From an uncultured Methanosarcinales archaeon (GTDB lineage: Archaea; Nanobdellota; Nanobdellia; Woesearchaeales; DATDXC01), in NCBI GenBank assembly GCA_964510025.1, contig CAZDZV010000005.1:62001-105668 (forward strand): a DNA stretch of 43,668 bases. Reading direction: 5' to 3'. The notes under the pieces are model-generated. The model had not been told where the DNA came from. It made no database searches and saw only the letters and a program-made list of their open reading frames with translations. Below, piece after piece: positions 1 through 8,128 of the stretch (its first letter is position 1; each line of letters opens with the position of its first letter). Both the position numbers and the translations under genes were made by a program.

Positions 1-1
1 A

Positions 2-100
2 AATTTCGCAAAAACTATGGAATTAGAGGAGTTGAAGAAAAAGCTGGAAGAGTCATCACAGGAGCAAAAAATAGAGGTAAATAATGCCAAAAGCGTATAA
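2..100 (+). CDS. Possible 3' end of a gene running in from the window edge
   Basis: Open frame NFAKTMELEELKKKLEESSQEQKIEVNNAKSV* ending at TAA 98-100; frame choice uncertain. Confidence 0.3.
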   Translation, partial: NFAKTMELEELKKKLEESSQEQKIEVNNAKSV

Positions 101-215
101 AGAAGTCAGAACATGCAGGATGTGCAAGAAAAGATATACGTTAAAAAAAGAGCAATGGAGAGAGATGAAGTGGCCCCGCTCATACTGCCCAGACTGCTGC
201 AAAAGATATTTTTAA
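84..215 (+). CDS. Small CxxC-x20-CxxC zinc-ribbon protein (43 aa), not in ORF track
   Basis: MPKAYKEVRTCRMCKKRYTLKKEQWREMKWPRSYCPDCCKRYF*; SD-like GAGGT at 74-78. Confidence 0.6.
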   Translation: MPKAYKEVRTCRMCKKRYTLKKEQWREMKWPRSYCPDCCKRYF

Positions 216-254
216 ATAAGAACCTTTAAATATCCTGTTCACTAGAACAGCTGC

Positions 255-755
255 ATGAACAAGAAAAGTGGGCTTGAAAAATGGATCATATCCGGCATCA
301 TTGTTGCGTTTGCAGTATGGTTTTTTACCCAGACAGGAGACAAGATAACCGGAGCAGTTATTTCTGAAGTGAGTGAAAAGATTGAAAATTTTGTCGGCGG
401 AGATGGCTGCGAGAAAGTGGTCGAAGAAGCTGCAAATAACCTGCGAAAGGAATTCCCGGCCAATGATATTGAGCTAATCCAGTACAGGCGGTTCGATAGG
501 GCAGAGGATGCTAAAGACTATGTTCTGACGTGGAATGAGGAAAAGACGAATAATGTAAAAGGTGCGCTGCAAGATCTTCAGGAAAATTCTGCAGAAAGAA
601 TAGGGGTAGGCATTATAAAAGTTGAAAGAGGTCTAACCAGGGTGATGGTTCTAGGGGAGCTGATAGTCAACTATCCTGTAGTGTGCGCAGATGGGGAAAT
701 CCTGACTGGCTCAAGATATGTGGTGGAACATAAGATTCGCAATGATCTAATATAA
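255..755 (+). CDS. Hypothetical N-terminally membrane-anchored protein
   Basis: Hydrophobic helix WIISGIIVAFAVWFF followed by ITGAVI; TATA-like CTTTAAATA at 224-232. Confidence 0.75.
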   Translation: MNKKSGLEKWIISGIIVAFAVWFFTQTGDKITGAVISEVSEKIENFVGGDGCEKVVEEAANNLRKEFPANDIELIQYRRFDRAEDAKDYVLTWNEEKTNNVKGALQDLQENSAERIGVGIIKVERGLTRVMVLGELIVNYPVVCADGEILTGSRYVVEHKIRNDLI

Positions 756-1414
756 TGGCAAGATCCAAGAGGATAATAACAACAATTATTATCATAATTC
801 TTATCCATATAATTCTAAATTATTCAAAAGTCAGGGTGATAAAGGAGGAGCATGTGAATAAAACAGAAGCCAAAGAGACCACTGTCCAAGAAGAGGTTTA
901 TGTTCCAATAGAAGAGGATTTGTGCTATCAAAAGGATTTTGAATGGAACTAATCATGGGAACCCTGGAAGACCGAAGTCAACAATTCCATATCACCTATG
1001 CTGATACTGAAGAATCTTGAAGACAAACGCGGCAAGTATAGATTACAGTTTGCTTTCTTCGATGAGTCGGTGCATCCGTTCAGCATATATCAAGGCGTCA
1101 ACTATGATTTGGTGAGGCAACAGCTGCCATGGGAATCTGCTGCAATGCATAGCCCGAACTTCAGCTACAATCTTGGCCCTTACGAAGAGGTTTCTGTTTC
1201 CCATTATGTCGAAAAGTCCGACCCTGATGCGGAATATTGGGTCTATGCTGACATCATAGCCCCCACCTATGAGAAGTGCGGAAAGATAGTCAAGAATATC
1301 ACTGAAATCCAAAATGTCACAAAAATAGTAAATCTTACCTATGAGACTAAAAAAAATATAAGTTACAGCAAAAGCCTCTGGAAAATTATAGTTGAACTGA
1401 TAACCTTAGAATAG
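755..1414 (+). pseudogene. Membrane-anchored hypothetical protein interrupted by one in-frame TAA (pseudogene or base-call error)
   Basis: ORFs 755..952 and 998..1414 share a frame; the 15 codons between them are open (..FEWN*SWEPWKTEVNNSISPM..). Confidence 0.6.
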
Positions 1415-1416
1415 GC

Positions 1417-3171
1417 CTATTTGTTTTGGCTGTAGTATATATCCTCTATCATGGACAAAGTAGATATCTCTGAAGGAGTCCTGTCCGACCTTAAGCTCTT
1501 CAGGCGGGGAAATCTTAACGCAAAACCGCTCGAATATGTGGGGCTTTTCTGTATCTCCTCATAGTCAACCTCTACCACCAGCTTCGGCTTCAGTTTAACC
1601 TCTCTGCCTTTTTCAGACAATATCAAAGGCTTAAGCTCCTCTGTAAGTTGTATGAAGCTTATACCTTGCTCAGCTTTTTCCTTTATGCCTGTCCCCATCT
1701 TTCCAATCTCCAGAAAGTTACCTTCCTCATCTATGCAAGCCAGCGTAAATGAGCTGAGCCAGGTTGCTCTTTTGCCCTCGCCCCATTCGGCCCCTATAAT
1801 AACAAGGTCAAGGCTCTCCATCGTGGGCTTCAGCTTGACCATATGATTTACCCTGGCACCTGGCCTGTAGGGTGAATCAAGCTTCTTCAGCATGATGCCC
1901 TCATTTCCAGCTTGCAGACTTTCCCTATAAAATGCCTCGATTTCTGCTTTCTTAGAGGATACCAAATTTTTTACAACTACTATTTTTCTAGGCTCATTCT
2001 TCACGAGTCTTTCTATCAATTTTCTTCTTTTAGTTAGGGGTTCTTCAACCAGGCTTTTGCCGGCGTAATACAAAATATCAAACACGTTCAACTCGACCGG
2101 AAATTTTCTTGACATCTCTTCAATTTTGTATTTTCTTTTTATACGCTGTGATATGCTTTGAAACGGAAGGTAGCTTCCTGTCTTAGGAGAATAACCGGCA
2201 GCTTCTGAGTCAAGGATTAAGCTCTCTCCTTCAACACACTTCTTAACATAGTCCACTACTTCAGGAAACTGCCTAGTGATCTTTTCCAAACGCCGGGTAT
2301 ATAGCTCAATCTTGCTGCCCTTCTTATGGACCTGTATCCTAAAACCATCAAGCTTGTATTCAGCATCCAGTGGTTTTCCGCATCGCTCAAATCCCTCTTC
2401 CACATCTTGCACCTTAAGGGCCAGCATAACCTTAAGGGGTTTGAATAACTCTATATCTATCCTTTTTAATCCCTCAATGCCCTTGAATTTTGCCGTTTCC
2501 GCAACCTTGCCGAAATCATTGGTTAGATCGTATGCCCTTTGAACCGCTTCAACATATCTGCTGTATTCAGACCTGTTGTTCATCTCAAGCTGCATCTCAT
2601 CGTGAAGGTACCTTATACCAAGCTTGTCCCAAAAAAAGGCCCAGACCACAGCATCCCTTAAGCTGCCTTCACCGACACCTACTCGAAGCTCTTCTAAAAT
2701 GGTCCTCACCAGATATTTGGCCTCTTCCGGACCCGCAGATGTGAGAAGTTCAGCGATCAACTTGATCTTGCGGTCCACTGTGCCAGCACCCTCCAGCTCT
2801 GCCAGCTTTCTCATATTATGGACTACCTTACCAACAGTAAGCATTGACCTAAATAATGTTTTCTGCTGTTTTGTCCCAATGAGTTTCTCTGCAGTTAATC
2901 CAAGATCCCCTGTTTTTCTCCAGTCGGACTCAACTTTTGATACAGATGAGCCTGTGGCAACATTTATTGCTTTCAGGACATATCTTGAAGAAACACCGAT
3001 CTTGTGCTCATCCCATGCTGGAAACACTTTGCCCTGGAGCAGGAGGATGACAAGCGGCAGGCTCTGCCTATCGGCGTCTTTGAGCAACCGGGATATTATA
3101 TATGTCTTATGCAGCCTTTTGCTGGTATTTTCCAGTTCCTGATAGATCTCTACCAGTTTTTTGTATTCCAT
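1417..3171 (-). CDS. lig: ATP-dependent DNA ligase (archaeal type)
   Basis: Motif I EYKLDGFRIQVH, EGIMLK, WGEGKR, C-terminal ALRFPR; start trimmed to ATG 3171. Confidence 0.97.
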   Translation of the reverse strand: MEYKKLVEIYQELENTSKRLHKTYIISRLLKDADRQSLPLVILLLQGKVFPAWDEHKIGVSSRYVLKAINVATGSSVSKVESDWRKTGDLGLTAEKLIGTKQQKTLFRSMLTVGKVVHNMRKLAELEGAGTVDRKIKLIAELLTSAGPEEAKYLVRTILEELRVGVGEGSLRDAVVWAFFWDKLGIRYLHDEMQLEMNNRSEYSRYVEAVQRAYDLTNDFGKVAETAKFKGIEGLKRIDIELFKPLKVMLALKVQDVEEGFERCGKPLDAEYKLDGFRIQVHKKGSKIELYTRRLEKITRQFPEVVDYVKKCVEGESLILDSEAAGYSPKTGSYLPFQSISQRIKRKYKIEEMSRKFPVELNVFDILYYAGKSLVEEPLTKRRKLIERLVKNEPRKIVVVKNLVSSKKAEIEAFYRESLQAGNEGIMLKKLDSPYRPGARVNHMVKLKPTMESLDLVIIGAEWGEGKRATWLSSFTLACIDEEGNFLEIGKMGTGIKEKAEQGISFIQLTEELKPLILSEKGREVKLKPKLVVEVDYEEIQKSPTYSSGFALRFPRLKSLRSDRTPSEISTLSMIEDIYYSQNK

Positions 3172-3213
3172 ACAAAAATATAAATATAAGTACTCATATA
3201 AATAGATTGTCAA

Positions 3214-3843
3214 ATGGAAACACTTGAATGCATACGGAAAAGACGCTCGATTAGAAAGTATAAGGACAAGCCTATTGAATGGGACAATGTGGTCAAAATA
3301 CTGGATGCAGCAAGGATGGCTCCATCTTCAGGAAACATTCAGAACTGGAAGTTTGTGGTTTTAAAGGAGCCTGCTAATATAAAGAAGATAAGTAAGGCAT
3401 GCTATGATCAAGACTGGATATCTGAAGCCCCTGTAGTTATTGTGGCAACAGCGGACCCGGAACAAACAGAAAGGTTCTATGGTGTTAGAGGGGAAAGGCT
3501 GTATAGTGCTCAGAACTGCGCTGCTGCCATCGAAAACATGCTGCTGACTGCCACTGCATTGGGATTGGGATCCTGCTGGGTAGGGGCTTTTGATGAAAGC
3601 AAGATACGAGTGCTGCTACAGCTGCCTGAGGAGATAATACCCCATGCAGTTATTACCATAGGATATGCAGATGAAGCACCCCTCCTCCCCCAGAAGAAAA
3701 GGCTAGAATGGATTGTTGGTCTAGAGAAGTACAAGGGAAGAAAGAAATCACCTATAAGGGGATATATAAGTGAGACAATACCGAAGATAGTAGACGGGGC
3801 CAAGCGTACTGTCAACCGACAGATAAAAAATCTAAAAAAATGA
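3214..3843 (+). CDS. Nitroreductase family flavoprotein
   Basis: RRSIRKY, APSSGNIQNWKFVV, ENMLLTATALGLGSCWVGAF motifs. Confidence 0.92.
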   Translation: METLECIRKRRSIRKYKDKPIEWDNVVKILDAARMAPSSGNIQNWKFVVLKEPANIKKISKACYDQDWISEAPVVIVATADPEQTERFYGVRGERLYSAQNCAAAIENMLLTATALGLGSCWVGAFDESKIRVLLQLPEEIIPHAVITIGYADEAPLLPQKKRLEWIVGLEKYKGRKKSPIRGYISETIPKIVDGAKRTVNRQIKNLKK

Positions 3844-3859
3844 ACTATCTATTCTAGAA

Positions 3860-3876
3860 ACGAAAAGCTTAAATAT
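3860..3876 (+). promoter_or_regulatory. Candidate archaeal BRE-TATA promoter
   Basis: ACGAAAAGCTTAAATA, purine-rich BRE plus TTAAATA; no annotated gene starts 25-30 nt downstream. Confidence 0.4.
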
Positions 3877-3910
3877 TAGTTTATACACAATATATAAAAT
3901 AAGAATTAAG

Positions 3911-4050
3911 TTTTTTTGAGTTTTTTTGGCGAAAAACTCAAATAAATGTGGTTTTTTGGCGAAAACCGGTGTTATTTGGCGTTTTTAGACGCTTTGGAAA
4001 ACGATTTTGTGTTAATAAACATGTTGGCGCACGTTTACTAACTTTTTCTT
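3911..4050 (-). ncRNA. Candidate small RNA with repeated CGCCAA-loop hairpins, divergent from ftsZ
   Basis: Three hairpins with loop CGCCAA (minus strand) at 4011-4042, 3950-3967, 3915-3942, plus a fourth CGCCAA at 3976-3981; minus-strand promoter at 4074-4090. Confidence 0.45.
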
Positions 4051-4073
4051 AGGTAGAATAATAATCAAACGCA

Positions 4074-4090
4074 CATATAAATATTTCGGT
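4074..4090 (-). promoter_or_regulatory. Candidate BRE-TATA promoter on minus strand
   Basis: Minus strand reads ACCGAAATATTTATATG; predicted start near 4045-4050. Confidence 0.5.
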
Positions 4091-4141
4091 ACTCTAATAT
4101 TTATATTGCGGTATATATAAGTCCACAAGAGGGGTGAAAAA

Positions 4142-5212
4142 ATGGAGGTAATTGTGAATAACGCATTGAAGCAGACACAGGAACAACCAGCTGGGGATAT
4201 GCAGATAAACCAGGCCAACATAAAAGTTTTCGGTGTTGGTGGCGCTGGTAACAATATGGTTGGATGGCTATACCAAAAAGGGATAAAAGGTGCCGAAATT
4301 ATAGCTGCAAATACAGATATGCAGCATCTGAATATCATTGATTCAGATAGAAAGATTCTGCTGGGAAGAGGTGTTACCAGAGGATTAGGCTGCGGTGGCT
4401 TTCCTGAAAAGGGAAGTGAATCTGCCCAAGAGTCTTTGCAAGAGATAAAAGAATCCCTTAAAGGCTCAGATATGACTTTTGTATGCGCTGGAATGGGCGG
4501 AGGTACAGGAACAGGAGCAGCACCAATAATTGCACAGGTTGCAAAAGACGCAGGATCTATAGTCATCGGAACAGTGACAATGCCTTTCAAGATAGAAAGA
4601 GCAAGAGTGGATAAAGCTGAATTTGGACTACAGCAACTTAGGCAGGTATCAGATACTGTTATAGTGATAGACAACAACAGGCTTGTAAACATAGCCGGAA
4701 ATCTGCCAATACAACAGGCATTTGCCGTGGCTAACGAGCTAATAGCAACGATGATAAAGGGCATTGTAGAGACAATAGCTGTACCAAGCTTGGTCAACCT
4801 AGATTACGCAGATGTAAAGGCAATAATGACAAATGGCGGAGTAGCTGCAATAGGAGTAGGATCATCAGACACAAACAGCAGAGTGGAGGAAGCTGTCAAG
4901 GGAGCTTTAAGCAACCCCTTACTGGATATTAGCTACAAAGGAGCATCCGGAGCGCTGATACATATACATGGAGGGGCAGATATGACTCTTGATGAGATCA
5001 ACAGAGTTGGAGAGCTAGTAACAGAAAGCCTGGATCCAGATGCGAATGTCATTTGGGGAGCCAGGGTAAGTGATGAAATGAAAGGAAAAATGACAGTGAT
5101 GACCATCATTACAGGAGTGAAGTCCCCATGGATATTAGGAAAAGTAGACTATTCAAAGCCTACCCCCCAAGCATCCCAGCTAGGGGAAGAATTAGGAATA
5201 GAGATAGTCTAG
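4142..5212 (+). CDS. ftsZ: Cell division GTPase FtsZ (FtsZ2-like)
   Basis: GVGGAGNN, tubulin signature GMGGGTGTG, T7 loop VNLDYADV, C-terminal ELGIEIV; SD GGGGTG at 4131-4136. Confidence 0.98.
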   Translation: MEVIVNNALKQTQEQPAGDMQINQANIKVFGVGGAGNNMVGWLYQKGIKGAEIIAANTDMQHLNIIDSDRKILLGRGVTRGLGCGGFPEKGSESAQESLQEIKESLKGSDMTFVCAGMGGGTGTGAAPIIAQVAKDAGSIVIGTVTMPFKIERARVDKAEFGLQQLRQVSDTVIVIDNNRLVNIAGNLPIQQAFAVANELIATMIKGIVETIAVPSLVNLDYADVKAIMTNGGVAAIGVGSSDTNSRVEEAVKGALSNPLLDISYKGASGALIHIHGGADMTLDEINRVGELVTESLDPDANVIWGARVSDEMKGKMTVMTIITGVKSPWILGKVDYSKPTPQASQLGEELGIEIV

Positions 5213-5215
5213 GCA

Positions 5216-5338
5216 AGAAATCATTTTCACCCCTTTAGTCTTGTGGTGAGAATTTCTCTGCCTTCATCTTTAAACCACCCCCAACGTTTCAAAGTGAAGG
5301 CATTTATCTCCCGTGAGGGAGATATTTTTTATTTTTTT
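5216..5338 (+). ncRNA. Structured ftsZ 3'UTR or sRNA with anti-SD motifs
   Basis: Hairpins 5223-5253, 5259-5302 (loop CACCCCCAAC) and 5305-5324; 5224-5246 complementary to 4123-4140. Confidence 0.5.
5305..5338 (+). terminator. Hairpin plus oligo-T terminator
   Basis: TATCTCCC-GTGA-GGGAGATA followed by TTTTTTATTTTTTT. Confidence 0.7.
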
Positions 5339-5352
5339 AAAGAAAAAAGAGA

Positions 5353-5502
5353 TAATTCTATAGTTCATATTATTAGTAATATTTATATTATTGTTATTAT
5401 TTATATAATTTATACTATTTATGTTATTATTATTAATTATAATACTTTAATTACTAGTAATATTAATAATATTTTATATGGTTTTAATCCAAATGTTTTT
5501 TA
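5353..5502. other. Extremely AT-rich low-complexity tract
   Basis: About 150 nt dominated by TAT/TTA/AAT with very few G/C. Confidence 0.8.
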
Positions 5503-5526
5503 AAGAAAAAACAATTTTTGTATGCT

Positions 5527-6264
5527 ATGGCGCTTTACTTGATAGGTATTGGGTTGGGTGATGAGAAAGATATAACCCTTAGTGGCTTGGAGGCAGCGAA
5601 GAGATGCAGCGCGCTTTATTTGGAAAGTTACACCTCAAAGCTCGCAGAAGATGTGGATTTGGGGAGATATTACGGGAAAAAGATAATAAAAGCCAAAAGG
5701 GAAGATATTGAAAATAAGGCCAGCGACATAATTGACAGCGCTAAAGACAAAGATATTGGTATTTTGGTGGTGGGCGACCCACTTGGCGCCACAACGCATA
5801 TCAGTCTGCTATTGGAGGCAAAAAAGAAGGGCATAGATGTGCGGATTATACATAATGCCTCTATATTAACCGCTGTTGGAGAGGTTGGGCTGGAGCTTTA
5901 CAAATTTGGGCATGTTACATCCATACCTTTTAACAACAAGGATATCAAAACCCCCATAGAAATTTTCAAAAGAAACTACAAAGCAAATCTGCATACGTTG
6001 TTTCTTCTGGATTTATCTAGCGGCAAATATATGGGCATACCAGAGGCTGCAGATTACCTCTTAAGCAACGGTTTGGATGAAAATCTAAGGGCTATCGGTT
6101 GCGCTGGAATCGGCAGCATAAATGCTGAGATCAAAGCCGGAAATCTAAGGGGATTGCGGCAATATAAATTTACTCTATATCCCCAGTGCCTTATAATACC
6201 TGCAAAGAAATTGCACTTCATGGAGCAGGAAGCTCTTAAACTATTAGACGCAGGCTCCGTCTGA
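5527..6264 (+). CDS. dph5: Diphthine synthase (diphthamide methyltransferase)
   Basis: LYLIGIGLGDEKDIT, YLESYTS, VGDPLGATTH, HNASI, GLELYKFG, HTLFLLDL, LHFME. Confidence 0.95.
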   Translation: MALYLIGIGLGDEKDITLSGLEAAKRCSALYLESYTSKLAEDVDLGRYYGKKIIKAKREDIENKASDIIDSAKDKDIGILVVGDPLGATTHISLLLEAKKKGIDVRIIHNASILTAVGEVGLELYKFGHVTSIPFNNKDIKTPIEIFKRNYKANLHTLFLLDLSSGKYMGIPEAADYLLSNGLDENLRAIGCAGIGSINAEIKAGNLRGLRQYKFTLYPQCLIIPAKKLHFMEQEALKLLDAGSV

Positions 6265-6558
6265 GCAAGCTCCATCACACCTTAGGTTTCTATTTAAAGG
6301 CTTGCTTCCCTCACAATAATACTCTATGAGCAAACCAGCTATGCACCTATCTACAAGATTAAACTGGTCTCCATCTGTCCTTCCGGATACATAACCTTTC
6401 TGTGAGTCGTCGATTCCGTTGTCAGTATCCTCGCATTCATCAAGCTGGGCTGTTTCCTGCTCAGAGTCCAGTACCATATTGCCTGTCATGTCCTTGCTTT
6501 TGCACCCTACAAAAATGAATAAAAGAAATACAGCAAGCAATATTCGCTTCATTTTCAT
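6244..6558 (-). CDS. Small Cys-rich lipoprotein
   Basis: Signal peptide with lipobox FVGC; CEDTDNG..KG..DRC..LIEYYC..C..C.DGAC disulfide module. Confidence 0.75.
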   Translation of the reverse strand: MKMKRILLAVFLLFIFVGCKSKDMTGNMVLDSEQETAQLDECEDTDNGIDDSQKGYVSGRTDGDQFNLVDRCIAGLLIEYYCEGSKPLNRNLRCDGACSDGACV

Positions 6559-6638
6559 AGATGGATTATTTGGGGATTTAAATATTTTTCTAAGAAAAAA
6601 GCAAATTTTATAAATCTCTCAGAAAATCTAAAGGACGA

Positions 6639-6739
6639 AGTCCCGTGGTGTAGTGGTCAAGCATTTCGGCTTTTGGAGTTGGAAAATGGATTTCCGGCAA
6701 AAACAGCCGAAGACGGCAGTTCGAGTCTGCCCGGGACTA
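6639..6739 (+). tRNA. tRNA-Gln(UUG) with 28-nt intron at canonical 37/38 position (intron 6677-6704)
   Basis: Acceptor AGTCCCG/CGGGACT, anticodon stem TCGGC/GCCGA with TTG at 6673-6675, T arm GGCAG-TTCGAGT-CTGCC, strict bulge-helix-bulge; CCA not encoded; TATA TTTATAAA upstream. Confidence 0.95.
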
Positions 6740-8047
6740 TTTTAGCGGCCTAGATTCATAGACTTGATGCATAGCTTTCTTGTCAGAAGATCTTATCCTG
6801 GCCTGCCATCCGAGCACTTGTAAAGCCTTATCAGGATTTGCAAAAAGTGCGGGTGGGTCTCCTGGTCTCTTATCCCATTCTACCACTACTAGGGCCTTCT
6901 CAGGCAGTGAAGCATGCACCTGCAGCAGCGCAGGCCTGCCATTTTCCAAACGCGCTATATCATAGCTATCTCCCCTTTGGTCTTTTTTTAAGTACACCAA
7001 CGGAACACCTGCTCCCAGGGCAATAAGCTTCATCATCTCTGCATTGGATGTTCCTGTGCCTGTTCCCAGATTATAGGCGCCGGCAGGGGCTCCAAGAGCT
7101 GCAATGTGCGCATCAGCAAGGTCAACAACATGTATGTAGTCTCTTATGCATGTGCGGTCCGGTGTTGGGAAGTCGGTGCCAAACAAAGAAAGAAACTGTG
7201 ATTTTGCCAGGTTATCAGTGTTGTGGTATGCATGAACCCTATCCATTGCAAGAGGAATCAGATGGGTTTCAGGATCATGATCTTCTCTTAATCCGGGATG
7301 GACCCCCCATGCATTAAAATAGCGAAGCTCTACAAAATCTTTTCCAAATTTTTCTGCAAAATACTCAAGAGTGAGCTCATTCATAACCTTTGTCCAACCA
7401 TAAACATTCACCGGATGGCGTAGTCTAGTCTGGGCTTCAGGAGCACTAACATAATCGAGAAATTCCTGATTACCGCTGAATTCCTTGCGTGTAAGCTCCA
7501 TAAGATATTGGTGTAAATCCTCTCCGCCTAGTTTTCCTTTATTGGTATCAGCAGGATCGAGAGCAGACTTTTGTATAGGATCAAGCACCCGCTCTTCTGT
7601 AAAACCTCCTGCCGGGTCCATATCACCAAAAGCAGCTGCTGTGGATGATTTTATAATGCGGGGAACATTGCCCCTATAGAGAACTTCAGCCAGCGTATAG
7701 AATTTGGCGACATTGTTGTTGAAATATTCTTCTGGATCATGCATAGATGTTCCTGCCTCTATCAAAGCAGCAAAATCAATACATGCGTCTATCCTATGGG
7801 CAGCCAATATCCTGCCTAATAGATGAGCATCGCCTACATCCCCATCATAGCCCTGGAATCGTTCAGATCCGTAGGGGATTTCTGTCATCCGGGCAATGCG
7901 GTCTATTGTCTTTTGGGTTCCATTGAAACCTTTATCGCTAACCTGATCCAAAAGAACTATGTTGAGCTCAGCTTGCTGAAGCATCCTCAGTACTGTGTGG
8001 CCACCGATATATCCTGCTCCGCCAGTTACCAGTATTGTCCCAGCCAT
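6737..8047 (-). CDS. UDP-glucose 4-epimerase-like extended SDR with insertions
   Basis: TGGAGYIG, SSTAA, YGWTK, LRYFNA, RDYIHVVDLADAH, RPGDP; 436 aa, longer than typical GalE. Confidence 0.88.
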   Translation of the reverse strand: MAGTILVTGGAGYIGGHTVLRMLQQAELNIVLLDQVSDKGFNGTQKTIDRIARMTEIPYGSERFQGYDGDVGDAHLLGRILAAHRIDACIDFAALIEAGTSMHDPEEYFNNNVAKFYTLAEVLYRGNVPRIIKSSTAAAFGDMDPAGGFTEERVLDPIQKSALDPADTNKGKLGGEDLHQYLMELTRKEFSGNQEFLDYVSAPEAQTRLRHPVNVYGWTKVMNELTLEYFAEKFGKDFVELRYFNAWGVHPGLREDHDPETHLIPLAMDRVHAYHNTDNLAKSQFLSLFGTDFPTPDRTCIRDYIHVVDLADAHIAALGAPAGAYNLGTGTGTSNAEMMKLIALGAGVPLVYLKKDQRGDSYDIARLENGRPALLQVHASLPEKALVVVEWDKRPGDPPALFANPDKALQVLGWQARIRSSDKKAMHQVYESRPLK

Positions 8048-8128
8048 ATCTTCCTGAAATTTCCACAGGTTATTTAAATCTTGCTTTTTCTTCAGTAAAC
8101 TTTATAAACAAAGCTGAAATCCTATATT

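Noticed and set aside
950..952. Stop-codon recoding (Sec, Pyl or alternative code)
   Set aside because: The codon is TAA, which terminates many genuine genes here; Sec and Pyl use TGA and TAG
3946..4041. 31-aa plus-strand ORF MWFFGENRCYLAF...
   Set aside because: No SD or recognisable motif; the sequence is better explained by hairpins, though not formally excluded
3911..4042. CRISPR array or ORB repeats
   Set aside because: The shared core is only 6-14 nt with irregular spacing; no cas genes; no ORB G-string
5243..5503. 86-aa Ile/Asn/Tyr-rich ORF
   Set aside because: Translation of hairpins and the AT-rich low-complexity tract
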